A stretch of DNA of 64,000 nucleotides from assembly GCA_964106645.2 (NCBI GenBank), contig OZ067043.1; one strand, written 5' to 3'. Below, piece by piece: positions 52,461 through 64,000 of this stretch. The notes beneath the pieces were generated by a model. That model was not told the origin of the DNA. It saw only the letters and a list, made by a program, of their open reading frames with translations, and made no database searches. The first letter of the stretch is position 1. Each line of letters begins with the position of its first letter. Source of the DNA: Podarcis pityusensis. Lineage: Eukaryota. Position numbers and translations under genes: made by a program.

Positions 52461-55400
52461 AAAGAATGGAAACATTCCTCCTCATCGCAGCATAATCCAC
52501 CACTGTTCTGACCCATCAATTCTAGCACAGCAGTTTCCTCTACACCTTTCTCAAAAGGATTCTTCATGCTTCCTGGGTTGCCCTTTAGCACATCAGTTTC
52601 TCTATTCATTACCCAAATCCCTGAACATTTTCAAATCCAAATCTGTTGACATAACACAGAGTATACAGCTGTGCACCAGCAAAGGGATTGTCATAACTGA
52701 GTATGTATCTGGCAGGAGTTGGCATCACTGGGCATATGCTGCAGCCCACACTACACCAGGAGCTGCACTGCCACCTCCCACAGCCTCCTGGCCCTGCTTC
52801 TCTTTCCCTAGCTCCCTATTCTCCTTCAAACATGCAAACAGTAACAAGACTGAGGAACTGGAGCAGCACATTCCCCTTGCTGCCTTCTCTCCCTCTGTGT
52901 GGTTGTGCAGACGGAACCCAGAGGGAGAGAGAAAGCAAATATGCAGTGGTTTAGAGAGCGCCTCCCACTGAAGGTATATTCTCCAAAGGTACTCCAAAAC
53001 CTAGAGCCAGCACTAATATCTGCCTATGGATTATTTTATTTTATTTTGGTCTATATCTAGGACTGGGAACTGTTTTTTTCCTGGCATGCCAGATCTATGT
53101 CTGCCCTACCCTTTGAAGGCCAAATTCAATAAGTGGATGGAACTGCCTACATGTCAGTCACCTAGCATCCCAATGACATCAGGTGGTGAGCCTCTTTGAA
53201 GATGCACTCCCAGCACACCTTCAAAGTGGCTAGCTCCAGAAGCATGCAGCACTTTGCACTGAGACTGCTGCTAAAACAGAGGAGGTCCCCCCCCCCCCAA
53301 TTTCAACAGTGGTTTCCTTTTCCTGCTCCAGTAAAGAAACAATCAGGAACTCACTTTAAGCTCCCAGTTGCTCCTTTGATGCTACACCAGTGCCTGCCCC
53401 ACACCTGGCACCACATATGATGTTAAATGTAGGGCAGGTGGCCGTGGTTGTCAGGAGCAGCCTGGCAGGCAGGCCGAATTGGGACCCCTGCTGGACCAAA
53501 ATTGGACCACCAGCTGGAGGCTCCCCACCCCAGCCTATACTAATTGCCCTATTCAATCAATTACATATAACTAAATTGGGAACATACATAGTATCTTTTG
53601 CAGATCTTTATTGGATAGAATAGTTGCTCTCAGTAAAACATTCCAAACACATACTTTACATTTCAAGCCACATTGCTTGAATCAAGAAGTACACAGAGAT
53701 TGTTTAAAACAATGCTGCCAGCAATGAAACTCTTCCATAAGGGAGAGTTCCAATTAATATTTGATTTTTTAAATCCACATGTTTAAACTGTGGTTAATGC
53801 ATTTGATTAATCATGCCAATTAATGGAATAATGCTTTCAGCTCTGCTTTCAAGTTTTCCTTTCCTTTCCTTTTTTTTTAATGACACCAGAAAGACAACTT
53901 CTCACCAACCACATTTGTAATTGAAAATTACTTATCTGTAGTTTATGATGTGGCTCTCCTGTCATCAATGTTTCACATTTGACTGCTTCAATGAACTTTA
54001 ATTTTATTATAGCAGACTGCTTTAAAAGAAAGAAAAAGAAAAATAGTAGTTGAAAATAGTTGAATGTGTAGAACAAGCAGTACTTGAATGCACCTATTTA
54101 AATATAAGCAAATCTGCCTTTTATTCAGAAAATGCTGTTGACCTTGATGTTCCAGTGAAAGGAGTGTGAGTGGGGTACAGGGAATGCCCCTTAGTTACAA
54201 TTATTTCACTTGAAGCTTTTGTGGTAACTGGAAGGTGTAACCGATTCTCACCGTCTGCAATGGCACAGGGCAGAATGAGGAAGAAGTAGCCAGAGCAGAT
54301 GATCTTCCACTCCTTCCTGTAAGTACATTTTCCCTGTCCTCTTTTCCACTCTACTTGGAAGAGCTCAAAATAGCTTTGGCCTATGTGTGAAGACTTCACA
54401 AGCAGCGCTGCCTGAAAGAGACCAGTTGGCTAGTACAGCCAATGTTTGTGATTCACTTCAATGCAAGAGGGAGCCAGCACCACCATGTGTGTGCATAAAC
54501 AGGAGAAGCTCAGAGAGGACAAGTCTGGCAAGTGTACTGAGCATCTCCTGGCTTTAAGAATGGGCAAACCAAGCATGTACTCGCATTACATTGGGGAGAT
54601 ATGCCACAACACCATGGGGAATGCCCACCATATACAACATGTGTTCAGCATAGGAGGGAGAAGGAGAAACACACAGCTAGAAAATATATAAAACACACAC
54701 ACACATAAGCCTCCCTGGAAACTTCACCAGTCGGGCACTATGCCAACAACAATATCAACATACCACTCATGCATGAAGGTAGCCAATTAACTCATGATGA
54801 TAAAGACATGCCCCCAGTATGTTTCCTGCATTGCCCCAGACACACAACAAACGCAACAAGAGCCTTATTCAGCCTGACCATGGGAGGGCTGTAGACTTGC
54901 CCCTGCAAACCAGGTACACCTGGAACTGCATGCACAATAGGTGTTTGTAATGGACTGACAGAGAAGAGGAAGCAATGCCGCCTGGGTGCTCAGCCAGTGC
55001 TCATGCCCAGGATGGAGAAGAGGAGACTACAGTGACAGAGGATACTTCCACCTTAAAAGTTGAAGTGAAACACTGTGCACGAAGTGGAAGTTTGTTCTGC
55101 TTCTGTAATCCTGCACAGCAAAGGTGTTGAAGAGCGGACAAGCACTGACAAGGATAGTTCCCTATCACCCAAAAAAACCACCCTGTCTGCATAACATGGG
55201 GCCAGAGATATAGCCCCATGCTGTGTACCCTGTCATTTGAATTATGGTCTGCCCTTGTGAGGATGCTGTGCTGTGACTGGTTGTTGAGTTACACACCATA
55301 CCCTAACTTTTTTGTGGTGGCTTGATGGTGGGGGCTGTCATCCATATAGGATGGCTGTTTTTCTTTTTTCAAAAAGAATTCCCATTGAAGTCAGAGAGAG

Positions 55401-58400
55401 AGGAATTTCAGCTCAAGGGTTGGGGTAGAGTTTATTTTTCTTTTCTTTTTAAAATTCTCCTTGCTCAGTGATTTGGTCTATTATGTACTCAAATTGCATG
55501 GTTATATTACCAAGTCACCTTTTGCTTTGCGGTGCATTTGTCTGCATATTAAGAAAGAGGTTTCACTTGATATCATGGGTCTTCATTTCTTATCCCTTCA
55601 CAAAGAAGTTGATTAAACGCACCGCTCTGCTTCAGAGCCCCTATGTTAGAAATATCCTCAATAATGACAGGCACATCCTTTTTCTGTTTCCCAGGTGTCA
55701 GTTCATCCTCACTGAGAATGTACAGAGAGCAAATTTCACTGTCAACAGGATCATAGCCAGGGACTGAAGAGGGACATAGGACCTCTGTGTGCTGCTTCTC
55801 CTCTCTCCTGCCCACGTCCCATTCATGACTCTTCTCCCTTTCAGCTGTTCCTTTGCTGGTGTAAGGGCTCTTCTGGCATATCTGAGGTGTTCTGCTAGTA
55901 TATCTTGTTTTGTTTTAAAAAGGGTTAATTCAATAAGGGACACTGCACTCCTTAGAAAACTGAGCCTGATATTGTTAACCACACAGGGATGATTTCATGG
56001 GAAGCAATTCATAAACAAAGTCAACCAGTAAATTATTTGTGTTTTCCAATCCCTCATGATTAACCCAGTTAAATTGTTAATTCTAGTCTGCCTCCCATGG
56101 CATGCATCACTCAATCTGGTGTTTAAAGACTCGAACTCCCATCAGCCCCAGCCAACATGGCTAATGGTCAGAGATGGTACAAAACATCAGGAGGGCACAA
56201 GGTTGGGAAAGGATGGCTTGCACCCAACTACCTGTAAGAAGCAGATCCATTCTGCTGCTCTTCTGTCAAACTATGAGATTTCTGTGGCGAGGTGGCCTGC
56301 AATCCCTGAGCTAAACAGGAGAGGGCAGCCTCCACACACAGTGAGGCAGTTGATAAGCAGAGTGGGTCAGTGGGGAGCAGGTGCTTCTCTCATTCCCCAG
56401 GTGACACTACTGGGGACTAGATTATCTTCCTCGAAATGCTTTCACTACTGCTGGGACCTGGAGCCTTTCTGGCCTCCTTGCATGCAGAATGTCCTGGGTT
56501 CAATCCTGGGATGTCCAAGTAGGGCTAGGAATGCCCCCTGTCTGAAACTCTGGACAGCCACCGCTGAAGTCATTGTAGACAATACTGCGCGAGATGTTTT
56601 GACTCAGCTTCTAGCTCCATCCATTGCTCAGGACTTCTGAAAATCTGCCCGCTCCAGGCCTTGCTAATAAATGGGAGCATCAAAAGACTGACAGCTTCTC
56701 CTTGTAGTCAGCTCCAGAAATAAACACCAGTAATTACCAAGTACTAGAAATCACTTGATCAGTCTGTGGACGTTGTCAATGTCAGCACAGAGCAAAAAGC
56801 GGAGGTGTTTATTGAAATCGCTAAGGGGCGGGAGGCATGTTAGATTGTTAATCACTTTTCAGCCCCTGTTGATTATCCGTGTGTTTGGGCCTGGCTTTCA
56901 GCAGATGGCATGGGGATTACATTAGTCACCTCTGTGGAGCAGCTATTCCTTCATCCCAATGTGACCATCACAAGTAGTTGTGGGGTGCCTCACTGCACCC
57001 CTGTACTGGAATGAGAGAGATCTGGTTGACACATTACCTAAGCTCAACAGCTTTAAAGATCCAGCAGTCTAATGGGGATAATACCAGCCATTCAGAAGGA
57101 ATAAACACTAAATATACTCCAAATCCCCTTGGGATTCTGTCCCAATGATGCCCAGCCTCTGATGCTGGACCCACAAGCAATTTCCAGATTTGCTCTTCCC
57201 CCACATGCCAGACACTCTGGTTTACTAGTTCTGCACAGATCACAGTTCCTTTGGCACAAATGGCATTTAAATCCAACACTAGTAAAAATGTATGCCTTAG
57301 TAACTAAATTGTAAAAACCAAGGTTTTGAGAACGTCCAAAAACTGAATTAGAAGTGCGCAAATACAACTGGGTGCTCTTATCCAGGATCCCTAGGGTTTT
57401 CCTGGCCTCAGCATATGAACCACTCATACTAAAATCTAATGTTTATGAGTTCGTGTCCAGCCAACCCCAGTGAGCTGCAGTACAATTGGTAACTAGGATA
57501 TCAATATTAGGTATCCCTACTTCTTCCTGTATCTTTGCAGAGGGCTGAGCCATTAAGATCTTGAAATAATCTTTTGGCTTTTCAAGTTCCACTGTCATCC
57601 TGTCCATGCCATTGGCAATCAGTTTGAGTATGGCTAGGAATTATGGGCATCTTTCTGCAATTTGGATGCAAAGGGGGACAAAGAGAAACATGTGTTGTCT
57701 TGCTTACTCTGGTCTTTTGTCTGTAGCAAGCTAGATCAGAAACAACCAACATGGCATCCTCTCGATGTTGTTTGGATTCCACCTCCCATCAGCCCCAGCC
57801 AGCATAGGCAATAGTTAGAGATGGTGAGAGTTGTAGTCCATCAACATCTTCCTGACTTGGATCATAGAACTATACCCTGTGCCCCTCCAGATATTGTTGG
57901 ACTGCAACTCCCATCATTGACCATTGACCATGCTGGCCAGGGTTGATGGCAGCTGAGAGTCCATGGGTTCCTCATCCCTGAGCTAGACCATCACAATTTT
58001 GATTTCAGTCGGGTCAGCTCGAGACACTTGGCAAAATAATCAGCAAGAACTGGAAGAACCCTCTAAGTCACAGCAGGTCCTGGGAAAAGAGAAGGACAGA
58101 TGGTTTTAAAAGCTTTTGGGTTAGTTTTGCCCTACAGCCTCAACTTGTTGCTGTTCCTTTCCACAAATGCGGCCTTACTTAGCAGTAGTTGGCAAGGACT
58201 GAATGCTAGCCCCACGTGTGTCTTGGTTTTCTTGCCAGAAGTCCTGCATTTTGCTAAGGAGAGACAAACTGGGATTCCCTAACTCTGATTTTCTGGCTGA
58301 GATCCAGGGCAGCTGCTTTTTATACCTAAGGCCCCCACAACTGCTTTCTTCCATGGTCAGTTAAAGCCACACACCCTCTGCAGTGTGACTGCTGCTTCAG

Positions 58401-60037
58401 AAAGCATGCCAGCACTGTCACTGGAATGACAGAAGCAGGGGCACTCCCTTATCTGCAGCATCAGGACTTTGCAGTCACTACTAGAGCAATTAGCATCTAA
58501 TTTAGAGTCTTTAGCTGCCATAATCTGCCTCTCACGCTGATTTACTCAGAGCAGGGATAAGAAGGAGTTAGTAATGACCCCAGGGGGATAAGAAGGAACC
58601 TGTAGCCCAAGGGCTTTCAATTCACATGGGCAACTAAGGGACTGTAGTGCCAGTTTCTCACTGCAGAGACCACAGGGTATGTGCTGCTGAAACCAGACCC
58701 TTGCTTCCATCTGCGGAATCCCTTGGAGTTTGCTTTTCCCAAGAGACAAAGGATCCAGGAATCCGGAATCCATTTGCTCCTGCCCAGCACAGCAGCTTCC
58801 AGAAGGGGCCTTCCCTTTCATGCCTTTTGGTGTGGTTCATTTCCTGCTGCTCTCTATTTTTAAGCATACATCCCACAAGCAACCAATGGATCAGGCAGCA
58901 CAATTTTAGAGAGTTCTGCATCACTGAAATATTTATCTAATTGCCCTTCTGCAGAGGAATCAAGGTCCTCTGTGGGCTATGGAAGTGTGGGGGAGGGAGG
59001 AGAGACAGAGGACTCTGGTTTCCCTCGGGGAGCCTCAGTGGGAACATGGATGCAGGCTGAAGACCATCTGTTTGCACCAGCAGCCTCCAGCACACAGGCT
59101 GCTCCCACATGCTCTCTGGGTAGCACCACTTTTAGCTTTGTCCTGGGGGGACACAACTAGTTCCCAGTGTGAAGGCAACCAGCTATCAAGACCAGCACAT
59201 ATGGGAAAAGGAGATTGGGCTCTGAACTCCCTGGCATTCCTCCTTTCTACCCAGAACCAGCCACTGCTCCTCTGTAGCACAAGAGAGACTCTCGCTGCTT
59301 CTTTCTGGAGTCTATTCCCACCCTCATAAAATCACAGAGTTGTAGAGTTGGAAGGGACCCTGAGGATCATCTAGTCCAACCTGCAACCTTGGCATTACCA
59401 GCACTACACTCTAACCAATTGAGCGATCCAGGCTGTTCTCAGGACTTGCCACTCAGGTGGCTTCTCACAGGTTTTGGAGGCCCATAGCAAACCCTTGTTC
59501 ATACTGTGTTGCCTTTCTAGGCCCAGACACCAGGAAATGTTTGCCTCAATGGGTTTGTGTGACCTGCAGGGGTATGTCATGTCACCTTCTCCAGCATCTC
59601 ATTAGCAAGGCTCTGCGGTGTGTAGCCTATAAATGAAAATGGAGGAGTCTCTGAAGAGCTGTTATCTAACCCTAACTATGGGAACACCTTCCTAACTGAG
59701 AACCAGAGGTGATGCAAGGAACCAACCCTTTGGTCTCTCCTCAGACACACAGCTTCTTTCTTTCTTTCCTCAACCACCTGTTTCTTGATCCTCACTTCCA
59801 TAGATCAGAGGAGTCATTTTGCCAGCAGGCAGTTTCCACACCACAAAGAGACCAGCAGGTGACAGCAGCCATCAGATTCTCTATAAGTCATTCGATCATG
59901 CTTAGAAATCAGATTTCTATCAAATACTGATGAGAATTTCAACAACAGCAGGGATTTCGAGGCTGCAGAAACATAAAATGGTGGAGGAAGAGTGCAAAGT
60001 CTGGACCAGGCCTGAGAACTACCTACCTTTGTTAATA

Positions 60038-60295
60038 CAGTGGTACCTCGGGTTACATACGCTTCAGGTTACATACGCTTCAGGTTACATATGCTTCAGG
60101 TTACAGACTCTGCTAACCCAGAAATAGTGCTTCAGGTTAAGAACTTTGCTTCAAGATGAGAACAGAAATCATGCTCCGGCGGCGCAGCGGTGGCAGGAGG
60201 CCCCATTAGCTAAAGTGGTGCTTCAGGTTAAGAACAGTTTCAGGTTAAGTACAGACCTCTGGAACGAATTAAGTACTTAACCCGAGGTACCACTG
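60038..60295. mobile_element. Tc1/mariner (Tigger-like) MITE
   Basis: TA-CAGTGGTACCTCGGGTTA...TAACCCGAGGTACCACTG-TA; subterminal 16-bp tandem repeats. Confidence 0.9.
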
Positions 60296-62136
60296 TACCA
60301 CTAGTGCATCCCAGTGCACTCTGCTTCTACCCCTCAGTACAGCTTAGCTTGCCCACTGGAAACCAACTTCTTCTGAAAGAGGCAAAGGCTTGCAAGCATC
60401 CTGTTAGAGCTAGAGACCATTTGTCTCTGTCCAGTTTACACACTAGATGCATTGCTCCCTGTGTCCTGGTCAAACAATGTGTGCAACCTTTTTTTTTTTT
60501 TAAAATAGACATAACCTCCTAGAAAAAAAGAGATCACACCACACTGGAAATCTGGCATTGATCAAGAGAAATGGCTAAGTCCGTTCTCTAATGCAGGAGA
60601 TGAAATATGCTGGCTGACATGAAGTCCCTAAGATGACAATGCATTTTTGTAGAGTGAGTAGCCTTGCTGATTTCTTTTTGTTCAAAAAAAGGCTTAAATG
60701 AGGCATAAGATGAACCCTGTTGGATGAGGCCAAAAGCCCATCTTAGAACAGCATTCCGGTAGACAACCAGGTGCCTATAAAAAGCTTAAAAGGAAATGAA
60801 CACAATAGCACTCACCCATTTGCCACTGATAGCCTTATCCTTGATGAATTTGTCTAACCGTATTTTATGGTAGAGGGTTATAGCAATGGGCACCAACCAT
60901 GACAGCTTTCAAAGGGGATTTAGACAAATTCATCAAGGATAAAGTAGAGAATTATATTGCTTTAACTGTGTGAATAAGTATTTTCCTTTTATTTGCCCTG
61001 AATCTTCCAACATTTTCATTAGATTGACCCAGGTTCTAGTATCATGAAAAGTCTCTATTCGCTCTCTCCCTAACCTTGTATACACAGTGCCCCTTACTCA
61101 CATTTTTTCTGTAAACTGACCCCTCTAGTCGCTTGCTCCACCTCAACACTAACACACAAGTGTGATACATCAATCAAGTGTGAGAGCAGTAACATAACAA
61201 CAACAACAATTTTACAAAAACAAAATCACTAAATTATGACGGAGGGAGTTGGGCTGCCCATTTCCATTTGTGCCACAGGTGTTATCCATTAGGTGCCCAC
61301 AAGTGGTACTTGGCAGTGGCAATTGTACCATGCAAGGAAAGAACTGCATTTTCCCAGGTACAAGATGATGCATTCTGAATGCTCAGAAAAATGTGATATC
61401 CCTGTATTAGAAGTGCTGGAAGAGAAAATGTTTGGATCCTGCATCACTACAGATGAGTTACAACTCATGAAAAATCCAATTGTGTAGAAAAGGTCCTATA
61501 ATTAGGTTTTTAAATGCTGTTTGCCTCCTGGGGTGCTAGACTGAAGCAAGCTGATTATTCTCAAGCATGCACCTTGGTTCCTCAGAGCCAAGAAACTGCT
61601 AATATTTCTGACAACTCTCCACCCCTGCTGCAGAAGAAACCAAAACACAGGTTGTGATGGCCCAAGAGGACCTGCTTGCTGCTGAAGTGGTCTTGAATGT
61701 AGCTTTTCTGATGCCAAGATAAACAGCAGGAGGATCTCACTTGTGTAATGGCAGGATGCAGAGGGATGTCTTGGATCAGGGCTGTAGATTCTGCTGCTCC
61801 AGCCCCAGCACCTACAGTTAAAAGTATCCGGTAGCGGCAGACATGGAAGTGTTCTGCCTGAGGCGTTGGAGAGCCACTGCCAAGGTAGGTAATACTAGGC
61901 TAGACAGACAAACGGTCTTGACAAAATATACAGCAATTTCCCATAGCATCAGCACTGAAGGGCACATACAAAAGTAACAACCAGCTATTAAAGAAGTGAG
62001 GAGGAGAGCTTTTGAAAGTTGCAGGGAGTACAAAATTCTGGTGGTAGGGAGGGAGGGACTTGTGCAAAAATATCACTGGCACATTTCAGTAGGTACTTGC
62101 AACACCAAACAAAATTGTCTTGCTTGCTGACTAATT

Positions 62137-62137
62137 A

Positions 62138-62180
<43 letters not shown>

Positions 62181-62903
62181 TATACCCCACCCATCTGGCT
62201 TGGTTTCCCTAGCCACTCTGGGCGGCTTCCAGCAAAATATTAAAATACAGTAATTCATTAAATATTAAAAGCGTCCCTAAACAGGGCTGACTTCAGATGT
62301 CTTCTAAAAGTCAGATAGTTGTTCACTTCTTTGACAACTGGTGGGAGGGCATTCCACAGGGCGGGTGCCACTACCGAGAAGGCCCTCTGTCTGGTTCCCT
62401 GTAACTTCATTTCTTGCAGTGAGGGAACTGCTAGAAGGCCCTCGGCGCTGGACCTCAGTGTCTGGGCAGAACGATGGGGGTGGAGACGCTCCTTCAGGTA
62501 TACTGGACCGAAGCCGTTTAGGGCTTTAAAGGTCAGCACCAACACTTTGAATTGTGCCTGGAAATGTACTGGGAGTCAATGTAGGTCTTTCAGGACCGGT
62601 GTTATGTGGTCTCGGCAGCCACTCCCAGTCACCAGTCTAGCTGCTGCATTCTGGATTAGTTGTAGTTTCCAGGTCACCTTCAAAGGTAGCCCCACATAGA
62701 GTGCATTGCAGTAGTCCAAGCAGGAGATAACCAGAGCATGCACCACTCCGGCAAGACAGTCCGTGGGCAGGTAGGCTCTCAGCCTGTGTACCAGTTGGAG
62801 CTGGTAGACAGCTGCCCTGGACACAGAATTGGCCTGCGCCTCCATGGACAGCTGTGAGTCCAAAATGACTCCCAGGCTGCACACCTGGCCCTTCAGAGGC
62901 ACA
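62137..62903 (-). mobile_element. L2 LINE 3' fragment
   Basis: SLGVILDSQLSME...HALVISCLDYCNALYVGLP...LQLIQNAAARLV; (TTA)n tail on plus strand; same family as 20519-21100. Confidence 0.93.
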
Positions 62904-63070
62904 AGAAACAGAGTTGTTTTTGTTGTTGTTGTTGTTAGCTGGTTTTATATACTGCCCCATACCTGGAGGTCTCAGCTGTCCAAAAAACACGGCTAGCAGC
63001 TTTAACTGTGAGGAAATTGTGGTGGTCTCACAACAGGAGCAGCATCTTGCAGGTCAATAGCAATCTGGCC

Positions 63071-63550
63071 TGTTGAGTTACTACAGCTCTGAAGTCCCTC
63101 TGAAGAAGTCACTGCGTCTGAGAAAGCCCACAATTCAGAAGCCCATATAGGTTCTGCAGAGGGTAGATAGCTGGCAGACCTCTGGATTGCACATGTTAGA
63201 CTGTCACTTGGAAAAATGTGTTTGTTCTAAATAAACTTTAAGTAAGGCAATGGTCTGTGTTATGTACTGAAGTTCTCACCCTGGGCCAGCAGGGGGATAC
63301 TGTAGATAGTTATGCAAATGAAGGATTGAAAGTGACGTTCAGTGATTGGATAGTTTGTATGCAAATGAAGGATCGAAAGTGACGTTCAGTGATTGGCTAG
63401 TTACAGAATATGGTTACTGTTGCATTGTAGTGGAGCTCTATATAAGCAGGCTGACTGAGCTCCTCAGTTCAGTTCTGTTCCAGCTTACAAATAAAGAGCT
63501 GCTTTGGAAGAATCACTGTGTCGTCTGATATGTTCACCCACAACTTAACA
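63071..63550 (+). mobile_element. Solo LTR
   Basis: Terminal inverted repeat TGTTGAGTT...AACTTAACA; duplicated ~45-bp U3 motif; TATATAA at 63439; AATAAA at 63490. Confidence 0.7.
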
Positions 63551-64000
63551 GTCTGTTTCCATTTTGCATAATTTTACACAAGAGGGTCAGCCCCTACCAT
63601 AGGCAGAGAGAGGCAACTAGCTCAGACGACAGATACTGAGGGCTGAGAAGCAGCATGAGATTGGAGGACAACTCTATGTGCCTCATGGGTTGCCCAAGCT
63701 AGCCTGCTGCCCACAGGTGCAGCTGGGAACACCTGCCTGATTGACTTCTGTATGTACAATGTAAGATTACACAGCTATTATAGTAGTATTAGAGCAGTAG
63801 CTTCCCCCCAAATATGCCATTCCTCACCTCCTCCCCATGCTGTGACACACTGACGGTCCTCATCATTGTGCCAACCTGCAGCTCACCCTTCTGAACATGC
63901 AAACGCTGTCATCCTGCACCCATGATGGAGAACTCTGTGCAGTCATTTATATGCACAGACTCGAGGAAAAGTCGGTAATTAATGAAGCCCCTTTCATTAC

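Noticed and set aside
56056-56640. 194-aa ORF in the intergenic region
   Set aside because: Runs through a MITE fragment and a SINE fragment; no coding homology recognised.

Overview
Vertebrate genomic DNA, most likely from a squamate, probably a lacertid lizard. This is inferred from Sauria-SINE and Squam3-like SINE copies, lizard-type L2/L1/CR1 LINEs and hAT/Tc1-mariner MITEs. Positions 705-29790 (+) hold the 3' half of SZT2 (KICSTOR subunit): 33 coding exons whose splice phases chain into one frame of about 1635 codons, ending ...LWTGLL*. Positions 37008-31034 (-) hold a complete 8-exon HYI gene (putative hydroxypyruvate isomerase, 276 aa) with a CpG-island promoter, tail-to-tail with SZT2. 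The remaining ~27 kb (37.4-64 kb) has no supportable protein-coding gene. It contains repeats, a solo LTR and possible enhancer-like stretches (PTPRF lies on this side in mammals). I found no convincing novel multi-gene system. The best observations are: (1) two well-supported and one likely GC-AG intron; (2) a 252-nt SZT2 intron that is in frame and stop-free; (3) a young LINE nested in a hAT MITE, with a 13-bp TSD and a single frameshift explainable by loss of one 7-nt repeat unit; (4) an L2 inserted into a MITE terminal repeat, showing that the (AAT)n microsatellite arrived with the LINE; (5) two MITEs stacked at one triplicated 8-bp target; (6) closely spaced convergent poly(A) signals; (7) a solo LTR with a duplicated octamer/CRE/CCAAT module. 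Gene identities rest on my recall of the human proteins, not on a database search.
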